In this document: in pieces, positions 1 to 28,407 of the stretch
How the letters are laid out: each line of letters starts with the position of its first letter
Numbering within the stretch: the stretch's first letter is position 1
From: the human T2T-CHM13v2.0 reference genome, Homo sapiens
Strand: one strand, 5' to 3'
Assembly: GCF_009914755.1 (NCBI RefSeq)
Contig: NC_060927.1
DNA length: 64,000 bases
Notes under the pieces: generated by a model
What the model was told of the DNA's origin: nothing
Seen by the model: only the letters and a program-made list of their open reading frames with translations
The model's database searches: none
Made by a program: the position numbers and the translations under genes

Positions 1-249
1 ACCATTGCACTCCAGCCTGGGCGATATAGCGAGACTCCGTCTCAAAAAAATAAAACAACAACAACAAAAAAAAACTGAAATATGATACGAAAGAATAAAC
101 ATCCTTCAGTGGTTAACTTTTTAAAATAGCCTTTATATGTATGTAGGCTACAGTGTCTATTAGTGTTTTATAATCATTGTTTTTCACTTAGGGATTATTT
201 TGGCTTTTGTTTTTTTTTTTCCTGGTACCTTTAGGGTTAGCATGGAGGT

Positions 250-645
250 CCAGGGTCCATCTGACTCCCTAGGTTCGAATCTCCCAAGGCCATTTTTTTA
301 CACACCGTGATTATTACTAATTTCCCTGTGGTTTTTCTCATTATAAAATGAGAATATTGCTGCCGACAGGTCTTCTCATTATTGTGAGGATTAAATGAGC
401 TATTTGTTAAAGGCTTAAACTTTCAGTAAACGTCAGCATTCTTCAGCCATGATAGTGCAGAGTTTAAGAGGTAGCTCTACCTGGCATTGTGTACCAGGCA
501 CTTTCTAGCCCTGTGACATTGGGATGCTTGCTTCTTATGCTTCCCGTGCCTCACCTGTAAATGGGGTATTAGCCACTGTGCAGAGAATGTTGTGAACATG
601 CTTGCACAGTGCCTTTCATTGAGTAAGTGCCCAGTAAGTGTTATC
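250..645 (+). mobile_element. Two degenerate MIR copies
   Basis: ggttcgaatc B-box, ataaaatgagaat...gtgaggattaaatgag and cctcacctgtaaatggg cores. Confidence 0.65.
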
Positions 646-1348
646 TTTTGGGCTTTGAAAGAATAGATTGAGGCCCTGTGCCTTAGATGCCACATAGGCA
701 ATTGGGAGTCACTTGACCTTGGACAGGCAGGAAAGGACAATTTTAGGTGGAGGTGGTTGAAACAATGTGAGGTGGTAAGGACCTAAGCTGAGGTGAATGA
801 GAAAAAAGCAGTCAGGTGCAGGTTTCCTATTTCCTTAATAAGAAAGTAAGCAATTCTCTTGCAGGAGGTACAGCTGGGCACTGGAATGCCTGGTCTCATG
901 ATAGCATTGGTTTGGTCAGAACCCAGTGCAATAAGCTTGTCAAGCCATGGGAATCAGTGAGAATTCTAAGCCCCAAACAGAAACAAATGAACTGGGTTTT
1001 TACAGGCAGTGCCTTCATCTATAACTGCACTCAGAGTTCTTTGGACTCATATTTTTAAGTCAAAGAGAATGCATGCTTGGAGCACGTACTTGGGCCTGGC
1101 CTCCTGATCAAAGCTGTGGAATAATTTGGTTTTTCATGTTATTAAATACTGACCATCCCCTACTTTCTGCACATGTTTAAAGGAAAAATGTCTAAAAAGC
1201 CCTAGCATGAAATATTTGAGGCATTCACTCCCAGAGTGCTAAAATCGTAAAAGCCTTTATAATTTCAGCTGGGTGTGATGGGATCATGCCTGTAATCCCA
1301 TCACTTTGGGAGGCTGAGGCAGGTGGGTCACCTGAGGCTGGGAGTTCA

Positions 1349-1540
<192 letters not shown>

Positions 1541-1988
1541 TCATCTCAAAAAAATATATATATATTTATACTTTCTCCTACTGTTACTGTCTCCTGTGGG
1601 TCAAGACCAACCCTATCCCAGGAGATTCCAGGGTTGCCAGTAGTGACCCTGAAACAAAATCATCTCTTGCCTTAGGGAAGACAAAGGCCAAAAGCCTACT
1701 CTCCACAGGTAGGCTTCGGGTACCTGGTAAGGGTAGTAGAAAGAAGAAATGTAGACCGGGTGCGGTGGCTGACGCCTGTAATCCCAGTACTTTGAGAGGC
1801 CAAGGCAGGCGAATCACCTGAAGTCAGGAGTTCGAGACCAGTCTGACCAACATGGAGAAACCTGGTCTCTACTAAAAATACAAAATTAGCCGGATGTGGT
1901 GGCACATGCCTGTAATCCCAGCTACTCTGGAGGATGAGGCAGAAGAATCGCTTGAACTCTGGGAGGCGGAGGTTGCGATGATGAGCTA

Positions 1989-2195
<207 letters not shown>

Positions 2196-2612
2196 CTAGG
2201 CATGGTGGCGCACGCCTATAATCCCAGCTACTCGGGAGGCTGAGGCAGGAGAATTGCTTGAGCCCGGGGTGGGGGGTGGAAGTTGCAGTGAACAGAGATC
2301 GCATCACTGCACTCCAGCCTGGGCAACAAGAGTGAGACTCAGTCTCAAACAAAAAAAATGAATAAAATAAATAAATATGTATTTTCTCCTCTGTAGCATA
2401 GAAACATTTACTATCAACATCTTAGCATTTTGGGGAGCGGGAAATGAGATAATGTCTGACAAAGTACCTAATGCCTGTAAACTAATAGCCATACAACAAA
2501 AAATTGGCTACCTTATAAATTTAGGTAGATATATGAGGCTCAATACAATTGAAGATTTAGATTTAGTCAGTATACAGAATAAAGGCAGCATAATTTAGAA
2601 TAAATTACTCAT

Positions 2613-3112
<500 letters not shown>

Positions 3113-3127
3113 TAATTACAACTTATT

Positions 3128-3173
3128 TTTATTCCTATTCATTCTGCACATCCCAACACAAGGCAAGAAGAAT
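3128..3173 (-). pseudogene. Candidate last exon (ILLALCWDVQNE* plus polyA signal)
   Basis: Acceptor cattgttttctag; phase-0 continuation; TAG at 3137-3135; AATAAA at 3133-3128. Confidence 0.6.
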
Positions 3174-3478
3174 CTAGAAAACAATGCACAACCTACATTG
3201 AGCTCCACCTCCTATAATTCCTATTAGATGTTATTTGTATCAAGTCAGCACCCTCCTACATAGTATTATTATACTCTGTAGTTGTTTTTCCTATACAGAT
3301 AATCTTTCTGTTACATATTGCTTTGTTAACAGATTTTAATTACATAATATATCTATCTTACCAACTTTATAAGTTTGTTGTAGGCAGAAGCAATCTGTCT
3401 TTCCTATTTTATAGTGTTTGAGGCTGTAGGTAGCAAGTGTTGAATGAATAACTACTTTGTTACTTCTGAAAAGCTTAC

Positions 3479-3705
3479 TTTTTGATTAATACTTTTCCTT
3501 TTTACCAATTCCTTTTTCTTTTTTTTTCAGGCTCATCCATGGAATACCAATTCTTTTTCTTAGTGTTCACATTGGATTTTTCTGTTAAAAATAGATTGTT
3601 GGAGTTGGCTAACAAGTTGATTACTTCCAGTCAGGCACTCTCTTCTGTAAAGTCTCTTTTGTAAACTCCTACAAGCAGCTATTTCACTGGATTTGAAAAG
3701 ACTGA
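3479..3705 (-). pseudogene. Candidate penultimate exon (227 nt)
   Basis: Acceptor ttctttttag; donor AAA|gtaagc. Frame SLFKSSEIAACRSLQKRLYRRECLTGSNQLVSQLQQSIFNRKIQCEH*EKELVFHG*A*KKKKKELVKRKSINQK. Confidence 0.6.
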
Positions 3706-3709
3706 CTAA

Positions 3710-3991
<282 letters not shown>

Positions 3992-5848
3992 TAGTAGAGA
4001 CGGGGTTTCACCATCTTGGCCAGGCTGGTCTTGAACTCCTGACCTTGTGATCCACCCGCCTCAGCCTCCCAAAGTGCTGGGATTACAGGCATGAGCCACG
4101 GCGCCCAGCCTCCCTACAGTTTTCAAACATTCAGAGAGGTGATTATGGTGTATCTTTTATTCTGTTTTGCTTTGGATCTTGGCGTTCTTCTAGAGAACTC
4201 ATCTGCTCAGGAGCTTCTCAGTGCATCTTCCCTCCCAAACTTGTCTTACCCAGCAGAGAATGAATGTACTCAAGATTACCAGTTTTGCAGATGAATAAAC
4301 CAATGATTCCAGAGGTTATGGTGCATATCTAGAGTCACATGACTAAGAAATGATAAAACCAGGATTTCAGCCAGGTTATCTGTTTCAAGACATTTTCAGA
4401 CAAAAAAATCTGGAGTTTGCCACCAACAAGAAATGATCCTAGCCTCAGCATCTCAGCCCACACTGGGAGTGTCAGGTGCTGAAAAAAAATTTTTTTAATT
4501 TTACATAGTAAATAATTTTATAAAAAAGAAAGAAATGATCCCTTATACAAGAAGGAATGATAAAAATATTAGTAAATAAGTGGTTAAAACTAAAAACTTT
4601 TTACCATACAAAGTAATAGTAAGTAATTTGTGTGGTTAATAAGGTAAAGCAAGATGGAACTGATACTCTGGACAACAAAGTCATATATTTAGAAGCAGGA
4701 TGAGTGGAGTGATGGTTGGAGTTGAAGTTTTCCAAGGTCCTGGTATTGTTTGGGAAGTGGGTAAAAATATTGATTAACTTTAACCTTTACTCTTTTAAGT
4801 GTATAAGATAAAATATGTAGGGTAACTGCTTTTCCAAATTAACAGAAGAAAATAGAATAAAGAAAAATACAAAAAAAAAGGCCGAGCATGGTGGCTCACG
4901 CCTGTAATCCCAGCACTTTGAGATGCTGAGGCGGAAGGATTGCTTGAGACCAGGAGTTTAAGACCAGCCTGTGCAACATAGCCAGACTCCCTCCCAGCTC
5001 TACAAAAAACAAAAGAGATTAGCCAGCTGTGGTGGTGCACACCTATAGTCCCAGCTACTTGGGAGGCTGAGGCAGGGGGAATACATTTCAGTTTTAAAGA
5101 GTGCAAAATGGACAAGAAAATAAAACTTAGGCCAGGTATGGTGGCTCACGCCTGTAATCCCAGCACTTTGGGAGGCTCAGGCAGGTGAATTGCTTTAACT
5201 AAGGGGCTCAAGACCACCCTGGACAACATGATGAAACCCCATCTCTACCTAAAATACAAAAAAATTGGCTGGGTGCGGTGGCTCACACCTGTAATCCTAG
5301 CACTTTGGGAGGCTGAGATGGGCAGATCACCTGAGGTCAAGAGTTCAAGACCAGCCTGCCCAACATGGCAAAACCCCATCTCTACTAAAAATACAAAAAT
5401 TACCCGGGCATGCTGGCATGTGCCTGTAATCCCAGCTACTTAGGAGGTTGAGGCAGGAGAATCACTTGAACTCAGGAGGCGGAGGTTGCAGTGAGCCGAG
5501 ATCACGCCACTGCACTCCAGCCAGAGCAAGACTCCATCTCAAAAAAATTAGCCAGACATCATGGCACATGCCTGTGGTCCCAGCTAGTCAGGAGGCTGAA
5601 GTGGGAGGATCTCTTGAGCCCAGGAGTTCAAAGTTACGGTGAGCAATGATCTTGCCACTGTACACCAGCCTAGATCACAAAGCAAGACTGTCTCTTTTAA
5701 AAAAAAAAGGCCAGGCATGGTGTCTCACACCTATAATCCTAGCACTTTGGGAGGCTGAGGTGGGCGGATTACTTGAAGTCAGGAGTTCGAGATCAGCCTG
5801 GCCAGCATGGTGAAACCCCTTCTCTACTAAAAATACAAAAATTAGCTA

Positions 5849-6004
<156 letters not shown>

Positions 6005-6007
6005 TCA

Positions 6008-6080
6008 CCTCTTTATGTGGCTTCTAGAAAATTTAAAATCACATTTGTGACTTCCATTTTATTTCTCTTGGACAGCACTG
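6008..6080. mobile_element. MER3/MER33-type hAT MITE end
   Basis: tagaaaatttaaaatcacat...ttggacagcactg. Confidence 0.65.
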
Positions 6081-6431
6081 ATCTAGGATATATATAGAAC
6101 TAATGTAAGTGAATAAGAGAAAGACAACCCAGCTTTTTAAATTGGTAAATACCTCAGAAGAGGAAAAATTAATGTCCAGGAAACATTTGAAAAGCTGTTT
6201 CAGGGAAATCAGGGTGCTGGTCAGAGTGTTAATTGATACAATCATTTTGGAAAACAAGTTGGTTGGCATTACCTAGTAGAGTTGCATATGGGCATATCTT
6301 AAAACCCAACAATTGTTCTTAGATATACAAATTAAAACTCTTGCAAATATACACCAAAAGACATGTCTAGGAATGTCTGTAGCAGTATTGGCAAATGGGC
6401 AAATGTCTATCAACTATAGTATATATAATGA

Positions 6432-6746
<315 letters not shown>

Positions 6747-7316
6747 TAACTGAAATTTTCAGCTATGCCTACCAAAATGGTAAAGTCTTGGGGACATAAT
6801 AATGAACAGGAAATAAAAGGCATAGAATGTTTTTCCATTTATGTAAAGTTTTAAGAGTCAAAATTAAACAACAGATGGTGTTGAGAAATATGGTAAAACT
6901 ATAACCAAGAGAAAGGTAAAGAAAAATTTTAGGATAGTTTTGGTTTGGTTTGGTTTTCCTTTCTGAACAGGAAAAGGGATTATATAGGGGACACCCAGGA
7001 GGCCTCAGAGCACAGGTAAATTTGTATTTCTTAAACTAGTTAGTAAGTGGACAGATATTTGTTTTGTTATTTTGTCTACACTAGATGTAATGAATGTTAT
7101 TTATATCTATTTATTATTCCGTAACAACTATGTGTGTGCGTCCTTTGACCCAGCAAATTCTATTTCTAAAATTTTGGTTCACGGAAATAAAAGCACTCGT
7201 ACATAGACTAAATGTACAAATTAATGGTATAATTTGTGGTGGGAGAAATGAAGTGAATGCTCATAAATAAGGGAATGGGTGAATATATTTTGGAACATCC
7301 ATACAGAGGAGTATTA

Positions 7317-7797
<481 letters not shown>

Positions 7798-7988
7798 CTA
7801 CTAAAAATACAAAAATTAACCGGGCATGGCACGCGCTGGTAATCCCAGCTAGTCGGGAGGCTGAGGAAGAAGAATCACTTGAACCCAGGAGGCAGAGGTT
7901 GAGTGAGCCAAGATCACACCACTGCACTCCAGCCTGGGCAACAGAGTAAGATTCCGTCTTAAAAAAAACAAAACAAAACAAAAAAAAA

Positions 7989-8010
7989 CCCTCACACTAT
8001 ATTCCAAATC
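7989..8010 (-). pseudogene. Candidate exon 15 remnant (DLEYSVR), cut by an Alu
   Basis: Strong acceptor tttgtttcttatttcag after a 72-nt intron. Confidence 0.5.
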
Positions 8011-8082
8011 CTGAAATAAGAAACAAATTTGCAAATTAAGAAATTATGGATTAACTTATTGATTATTGCTCAGAAAACGTAC

Positions 8083-8195
8083 CTTATTTTTACTCTGAAA
8101 TTCACTTTATAATACTTTAAAACAATTTAGCTAAAGTAGTGTTTATAGGATGTTACTTCTCTGGTTAGACATGTTTCACACAACAGTTTTCAATG
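8083..8195 (-). pseudogene. Candidate exon 14 (113 nt)
   Basis: Acceptor aattttcag; donor AAG|gtacgt. Frame ALKTVV*NMSNQRSNIL*TLL*LNCFKVL*SEFQSKNK. A further partial exon may lie at about 8275-8396. Confidence 0.5.
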
Positions 8196-8874
8196 CTGAA
8201 AATTCATTTGATAATTTTAATCACAATTTATGATTGATTGATGGATTAATCAGTAATTTAGATGCCATAAGAACCATTGAAAGGAATAATCTGACTATTG
8301 CTCATTGTACAATCTTGATCATTAGTTATAAGCCAAGAATCTGATATCCCACTCTTGAATTACATTTTTCAATGTGTGTATTTGGTCAACAACAGGTCAC
8401 AGTGAGCCGAGATCATGCCACTCCACTCCAGCCTGGGTGACAGAGCAAGACTCCATTTCAAAAAAAAAAAAAACTGAAAATACCAAATATTGACAAGGAT
8501 TTGGAGCAAGTGGAACCCTCATACATTGCTGATGGAAATGCAAAATTATACAGCCAATTTGGAAAAATAACTGGGTGTGGTGGTGTGCACCTATTTTTCC
8601 AACAACTTGGGAGACTAAGGTAGGAAGATCCCTTGAGCCCAGGAGTTTGAGGTTACAGTGAGCTGATGGCGCCACGGCTCTCCAGCCTGGGTGACAAAAT
8701 AAAACTGTTTCAAAAAAAAGAAAAAAAAATGATGCTATAAGAAAAAAACTATATACCAATGTCCTTCATTAACATAGATACAAAATGTTTAATCACAATT
8801 TTAGCAAATTGAATCCAACTGTCTCCCCCACCCCCACATCTATCTATATATCTATATTTGTTTGTTTGTTTTGA

Positions 8875-9179
<305 letters not shown>

Positions 9180-9729
9180 TGAGACAGGGTCTTGGTCTGT
9201 CACCCAGGCCAGAGCGAGTCTCATGGGTCACTGTAACCTCCGCCTCCTGGGATCAAGGAATCCCACCTCGGCCTCCTGAGTAGCTGGGACTATAGGCACA
9301 AGCCACCACGCCTAGCTAGTTTTTGTTTTGTTTTGTTTGATTTGGTTGGTTGTTTTTTTCTTTTTGTTTTTGTTTTTGTAGAGATGGCGTTTTGCCATGT
9401 TGCCCAGGGTGGTATCAAACTCCTAGGCTCGAGTGATCCACCCACTTCAGCTTCCCAAAAGGCTAGGATTGTAATCACATCTGTAGGCATGAGCCACCAC
9501 GCCTGATAAATCTAACAATACATTAAACGTAAAATACCAGGCCAGGTGCAGTGGCTCACACCTGTAATCCCAGCAGTTTGGGAGGCCAAGGCGGGTGGAT
9601 CACCTGAGATCAGGAGTTCAAGACCAGCCTGACCAACATGGTGAAACCCCATCTCTACTAAAAATACAAAAATTAGCTGGGCATGGTGGCACACGCCTGT
9701 GGTCCCAGCTACTCGGGAGGCTGAGGTGG

Positions 9730-10266
9730 GAGAAGGGACTAGCCTTGTCTCAGATGAGTCTTTGGACTTCTGAGTTAATGCTGGAATAAGTTAAGACTCT
9801 GAGGGACTATTGGGAACACATAATTGTATTTTGCAATGTGAGAGGGACATGAGATTTAGTGGGGCCATGGGTGGAATGATATGATTTGGGTCTGTGTCCC
9901 CACTAAATCTCATGTCGAATCCCCAGTGTTAGAAGTGGGGCCTGGTAGGAGGTGATTAGATTATGGGGATGGTTTCTCATGAATTGCTTAGTACCATGCC
10001 CCCTTGTGAGTTCTCACAACATCTGGTTGTTTAAAAGTGTGTAGCACCTCCCCACCCTCTCTCTTGGTCTAGCTCCTGCCATATAAAATGCCGGCTCCTG
10101 CTTTGCCTTTCACCATGAGTAAAAGCCTCCTGAGACCTTCTCAGAAACAGATGCTGCCATCCTTCCTGTACAGCCTGCAGTACCGTGAGCAAAATAAGCC
10201 TCTTTTGTCTATAAATTACCTAGTCTCAGGTATTTATTTATAGCAATGTAAGAAAGAACTAATACA
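9730..10266 (+). mobile_element. MaLR: 3' end of MST-int plus MSTA-like 3' LTR (LTR 9877-10266)
   Basis: gccttgtctcagatgag internal sequence, purine tract, then LTR TGATATG...aactaatACA. Confidence 0.9.
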
Positions 10267-17300
<7,034 letters not shown>

Positions 17301-17460
17301 GAAGAAAACAAGGAAACAACAGCAAAAGTCTAGAGGGGAGGGTGGTGGGTGGGAGAGAGTGGGAATAGAGATCAGGACATGGACTTGCTACAATATATTA
17401 TTATTGTTATTATTATTATTATTTTCCGAGACAGAGTCTTGCTCTGTCACCTAGGCTTAG

Positions 17461-17592
<132 letters not shown>

Positions 17593-18625
17593 TAATCATG
17601 GAACAGGGTATGAAGAAGACCAAGTTGGGCTGGAACTTGGTTCCCTGACTCACATCAGCTACAACTCCCACCTCTGTCTGGCTAATTTTTGTATTTTTAG
17701 TAGAGATGGGGTTTCACCATGTTGGCCAGGCTGGTCTCAAACTCCTGACCTCGTGATCTGCCCGCCTCGGCCTCCCAAAGTGCTGGGATTACAGGCGTGA
17801 GCCACCATGCCCGGCCTAACAATATATTATTTAAAATGTCCACTTTGTAACACGAAGTTACAAGATGAGCAAAAAACATGAAAGTGTGATCCATACACAG
17901 GAGAAAACAAAACAGGTAATAGAAACTGCCTTTGAAGAGCCCAGATGTTGACTTTAGTAGACAAACAAATACTTTTTTTTGTTTGTTTGTTTTTGAGACG
18001 GAGTCTCACTCTGTCGCCTAGGCTGGAGTGCAAAGGTGCAATCTCAGCTCACTGCCAACCTCCGCCTCCTGGGTTCAAGCAATTCTGCCTCAGCCTCCTG
18101 AGTAGCTGGGATTACAGGTGCACACCATCACATCCGGCTAATTTTGGTATTTTTAGTAGAGACGGGGGTTTCACCATGTTGGTCAGGCTGTTCTTGAACC
18201 CCTGACCTTGAGATCCGCCCACCTCAGCCTCCCAAAGTGCTGGGATTACAGGCGTGAGCCACCGCGCCGGGCCTTTTATTTATTTATTTTTTTTTTTTGA
18301 GAGCATCTTGCACTGTTTCCTGGGCTGCAGTGCAGTGGCACAATCTCGGCTCACTGCAACCTCCACCTCCTGTGTTCAAATGAATCTCGTGCCTCAGCCC
18401 CCCAGGTAGCTGGGATTACAGGTATGCGCCACCACACCCAGCTAATTTTTGTATTTTTAGCAGAAATGGGGTTTCGCCATATTGGCCAAGCTGGTCTTAA
18501 ACTCCTGGCCTCAAGTGATCCACCCACCTCAGCCTCCCAAAGTGCAGGGATTATAGGCGGGAGCCCCCACACCTGGCCTAGCATACAAATACTTCCAAGC
18601 AGCTATTACAAATATGTTCACACAA

Positions 18626-19918
<1,293 letters not shown>

Positions 19919-20087
19919 AATGGGTAAAAGATTTGAACAGTAACTTCACCAAAGATGCACTGATGGCAAATAAAAAGATACTCAACATCATTAGTCATAG
20001 AGGAAATGCAAATTTAAATCAGAACAAATACCACTACACACCTATTAGAGTAGCTGAAGTTAAAAAGAGTGAGCATATTGAGTGTTT

Positions 20088-21670
<1,583 letters not shown>

Positions 21671-21687
21671 CCTCTTAGGAAAAGAAC

Positions 21688-21715
21688 CTTTTCTGAATTC
21701 ACAGATAAAATATAT
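21688..21715 (-). pseudogene. Candidate exon 13 (DIFYL*IQK; 3' end uncertain)
   Basis: Acceptor ttctacatttcaaacag; abuts ERVL sequence. Confidence 0.4.
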
Positions 21716-21820
21716 CTGTTTGAAATGTAGAATTTTCTAGTTACAACTTCTGAAGTCAAGCCCATCAAAATACAGAATATATATTGCTAATATTTTGTAT
21801 ATTCCCTGTGCTGTAAATAC

Positions 21821-21845
21821 CTGGATCTATTGTGCCAAATTTTAG
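21821..21845 (-). pseudogene. Candidate micro-exon 12 (25 nt, LKFGTIDP)
   Basis: Branch-point-like cactaat, acceptor cttgtattag, donor CAG|gtattt. Confidence 0.5.
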
Positions 21846-22134
21846 CTAATACAAGATTATTAGTGTCAAACAGCAAATATAAAATTATTAGTGCTTGAGA
21901 TAAAAAAATGGTATATTATTTTAACTAGAAATTGTTTGTCTAATATTCACAAACTCCATCTTTTAACCCCATTGTAACATGCACAGCTTCTGTAAATTTA
22001 GTTCATACTATTATATTTAACTCTACCCTATGAATGTAATTCAGCATAGCCAATTCCCCCACGTGTATAGACATTTTTATGTCATTTCATCCCTCTGACA
22101 CTGTCTCATTTCTGCCTCTTCAGATAGCACTCAC

Positions 22135-22169
22135 AACTATATCTCTCTCAGAAAGAAGACTCATGTACG
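22135..22169 (-). pseudogene. Candidate exon 11 (35 nt, TYMSLLSERDIV)
   Basis: Acceptor atacctccttgtag; donor GTT|gtgagt; open in the frame carried from exon 10. Confidence 0.6.
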
Positions 22170-22453
22170 CTACAAGGAGGTATTATAGAATCACTTCCTA
22201 TGCTTTTTTTTTTTTTTTTTGAGATGGAGTGTTGCTCTGTCACCCAGGCTGTAGTGTAGTGGCATGATACCAGCTCACTGCATCCTCCGCCTCCTGGGTT
22301 CAAGCAATTCTCCTGCCTCAACCTCCTGAGTAGCTGAGATTACAGGCACCCACCACCAGCCCCAGCTAATTTTTGTATTTTTAGTAGAGACGGGTTTTTA
22401 CCATGTAGGCCAGGCTGGTCTTGAACTCCTGACCTTGTGATCCACCCTCGTGA

Positions 22454-22648
<195 letters not shown>

Positions 22649-22842
22649 TAGTAGAGACGGGGTTTCACCATATTGGCCAGGCTAGTCTCGAACTCCTGAC
22701 CTCGTGAGCCGCCCGCCTCACCTCCCAAAGTGCTGGGATTATAGGAGTGAGCCACTGCTCCCGGCCCACCTCGGGCTTTTAAAAAAAAAAAAAAAAATTG
22801 AGAAGATGGTTTCTATCTAGAGAATTGGTGTTCAGATCTTAC

Positions 22843-22935
22843 TGCAAAAGGCTAATTTTTACTGACTTATACAAATGTTATATTTTTCTACTGTTTCATT
22901 TAACCCAACAACATTTCATCCCCACCATGAGAAAC
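22843..22935 (-). pseudogene. Candidate exon 10 (93 nt, GFSWWG*NVVGLNETVEKYNICISQ*KLAFC)
   Basis: Acceptor tttatttcaacttgtttag; donor GCA|gtaaga. Confidence 0.6.
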
Positions 22936-23107
22936 CTAAACAAGTTGAAATAAACCCCAAGCTTGGAGTAGTAAATTAGATTAGTAAAGTAGGTTAAATT
23001 AGTAAAGTAGATTTCTGCTTCTCCCTATCAACATCCTTTATTTTTATTTTTTGGTTCCCAGTAATAGCATCTGCCAATAGAACTTTTTTGAAAAAAATGT
23101 TCCTTTG

Positions 23108-24262
<1,155 letters not shown>

Positions 24263-24380
24263 TCCATTGGTGAGTTTGTTAGTAACTTTGCGGACCATAC
24301 TAGAAGACAAGAGGGGTGTTCCTTCCTGTACTACAGAGAACCCAAGCAGTAGCCAATCAGCTCTATGCGCTAGATTATAA

Positions 24381-24763
<383 letters not shown>

Positions 24764-24829
24764 TAATAATGGAACAGCAGTTAACCAAAGCAGGGTCTAA
24801 GATGAAAGACTGCCTGAAATCATTCCTAA

Positions 24830-25651
<822 letters not shown>

Positions 25652-26387
25652 TGACAATTTAGAGTTGGGCTCCTTGGTGGAGTGAGGACTGCTTTTTTTC
25701 ACAAAGTACCCTTAACCTTGGTTAGTTTGGATCATCACAGTTTGAACCCTGTCAAGGTATAATTTTCAAAAAGTTGAAAACATGACTCATACAAATATAG
25801 TATGAACATGTGTCAAGTATTTATTAACTTATTATAAGGGAACCGATAAGATGGTAAGTAAAGCTGGTTCAAAGAGCATGTTGAAGAACTAAGTATTCAC
25901 AGATATTTAAGAAGGAATGGCCAGATGTGATGGCTCACACCTGTAATCCTAGGACTTTGGGAGGCTGAGGCGAGAGGATCACTTGAGTTCAGTTTGAGAC
26001 TAGCCTGGGTAACATGGCAAAACCCCATCTCTACAAAAAATACAAAAAATTATCTGGGCATGGTGGTGGGTGACTGTAGTCCCAGCTACTCAGGAGTCTG
26101 AGGTGGGAGGATTGCTTGAGCCCAGGAGGTAAAGGCCGCAGGGAGCCAAGATGGCACCACTGCACTTCAGCCTAGGCAACAGAGCCAGACTCTATCTCTT
26201 AAAAAATAAAAGAAGAAGAAGAAGAAGTAATGTTATTAGCAGGGAAGAGGTGTTAAAGTACTAGATTAGATATAAAACTGGTTTATGTCTAAATCAGTTT
26301 ATGTTTAAATACATAGGGCAGTAAACTGTTAACCTTTAGGGCTATCTTTTCTATTGGATAACATGTAGCATACAACTTCAGAGTCTA

Positions 26388-26693
<306 letters not shown>

Positions 26694-26874
26694 TCAAAGA
26701 AAAAAAAAACAAGTAAAACAAACAAAAGCACATTCCCTTAGCCTGGATAACTAAATTATTCTTGGATGAGACTATCATGTCTCTCAATCTCCAGTATGAC
26801 ATTGAAAGTACATGCCACCTACCTTTTATCTTGTTCCCACGTTTGAAATAATTTTTCTTTTTTTTTTTCTTTGA

Positions 26875-26979
<105 letters not shown>

Positions 26980-27460
26980 TGAGTAGTTGGGATTACAGGC
27001 ATGCGCCACCACGCCCGGCTATTTTGTATTTTTAGTAGAGATGGGCGTTCTCCATGTTGGTCAGGCTGGTCTTGAACTCCCTACCTCAGGTGATCCACCC
27101 GCCTCGGCCTCCCAAAGTGCTGGGATTACAGGCGTGAGCCACCACGCCCTGGCTGAAATAATTTTTCTTAACACCTTTATATTTCTTCAGCCAAGCATTT
27201 GAACCCTCTGCCCCTCACCACTCATCAGTATGCCTTTATATGTCCCAATGCCTTCTATACTTTCCCCCCATGCATTTCACACACTTACACCTCAGAATCA
27301 TTGCCCCCCCTGTTCTCCCCTCAACCAAGAACCCTGTGGCTCTTTGCTGAAGTCAAGGTACTACTTTTCCTCAAGGGCAATATGGTTGGCACCTCCCCCA
27401 TAGAATCAGTGCTGTAATGAATCCAATCACCCTTGATCATTCTTCCAAATTACTTAATAC

Positions 27461-27540
27461 CTATCTTTCTTAGCTTGTGTAAACAAAAGGTGTCTTGGGA
27501 TTTCACTATTTTATTTACTTGGAATCTCTCTAGAGACATC
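27461..27540 (-). pseudogene. Candidate exon 8 (80 nt, DVSREIPSK*NSEIPRHLLFTQAKKD)
   Basis: Acceptor ctttctttttcatcag; donor TAG|gtatta. Confidence 0.6.
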
Positions 27541-27635
27541 CTGATGAAAAAGAAAGTCTTCAACTATTAAGGCATTTGGCCCTGTTTAATTGGATTTGAC
27601 TGCTTGGGCACACCTGCACAAAAGCTTTCAAATGA

Positions 27636-27936
<301 letters not shown>

Positions 27937-28239
27937 TGAAATGTGCATTTTTGTTGCATGGACCTAATTTAAAACTGGCCCAAGGGGACATTTTGTACAA
28001 TCGCCGAGAAATTTGCAATCTCAGATTGAGACTTAAAATTATTAAATTCAGCTTTGACTGAATTTTTGATGCAAAAAAAAATCACGAAACCTTAAATACT
28101 GAACCACCAAAGAAGGGTGATAGACAATTAACTCTGGCTGTTAGCCTGTGTTACTGTCATTACAACACTTAAAAACTGTGCTAGGGTAAATTAAACCTTT
28201 TGGGTTTCAGTAATTAAGATACCCTGAGAGGAACACAAC

Positions 28240-28352
28240 CTCATAGATCTTGGTTTCTTGTGTTGTGTAGTTAAGTGGCCTTACAGGCTGGCTTGTGATG
28301 ATGTCAGAGAATGGGATGTGGAGCTTAACTGTTCTTAGCATTTTGCTAGGCC
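28240..28352 (-). pseudogene. Candidate exon 7 (113 nt, GPSKMLRTVKLHIPFSDIITSQPVRPLNYTTQETKIYE)
   Basis: Acceptor cctcctctacctcatag; open frame (inside track ORF 28207..28392); donor GAG|gttgtg. Confidence 0.6.
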
Positions 28353-28407
28353 CTATGAGGTAGAGGAGGCATTTTTCCCAATATAGAGTCATGTAGCTTA
28401 TATGTGG

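Noticed and set aside
3491-3531. Strong plus-strand polypyrimidine acceptor
   Set aside because: Explained as the complement of the Lys/Glu-rich codons of the minus-strand exon.
4240-4300. Minus-strand donor TGG|gtaaga as an extra exon
   Set aside because: The upstream sequence is a MIR core.
4428-4541. Short hairpin-like insert flanked by aagaaatgatcc repeats, a possible small-RNA retrocopy
   Set aside because: It resembles a degenerate antisense Alu/FLAM piece (gcctcagc...ctggga...caggtgc) and matches no snRNA or snoRNA that I know.
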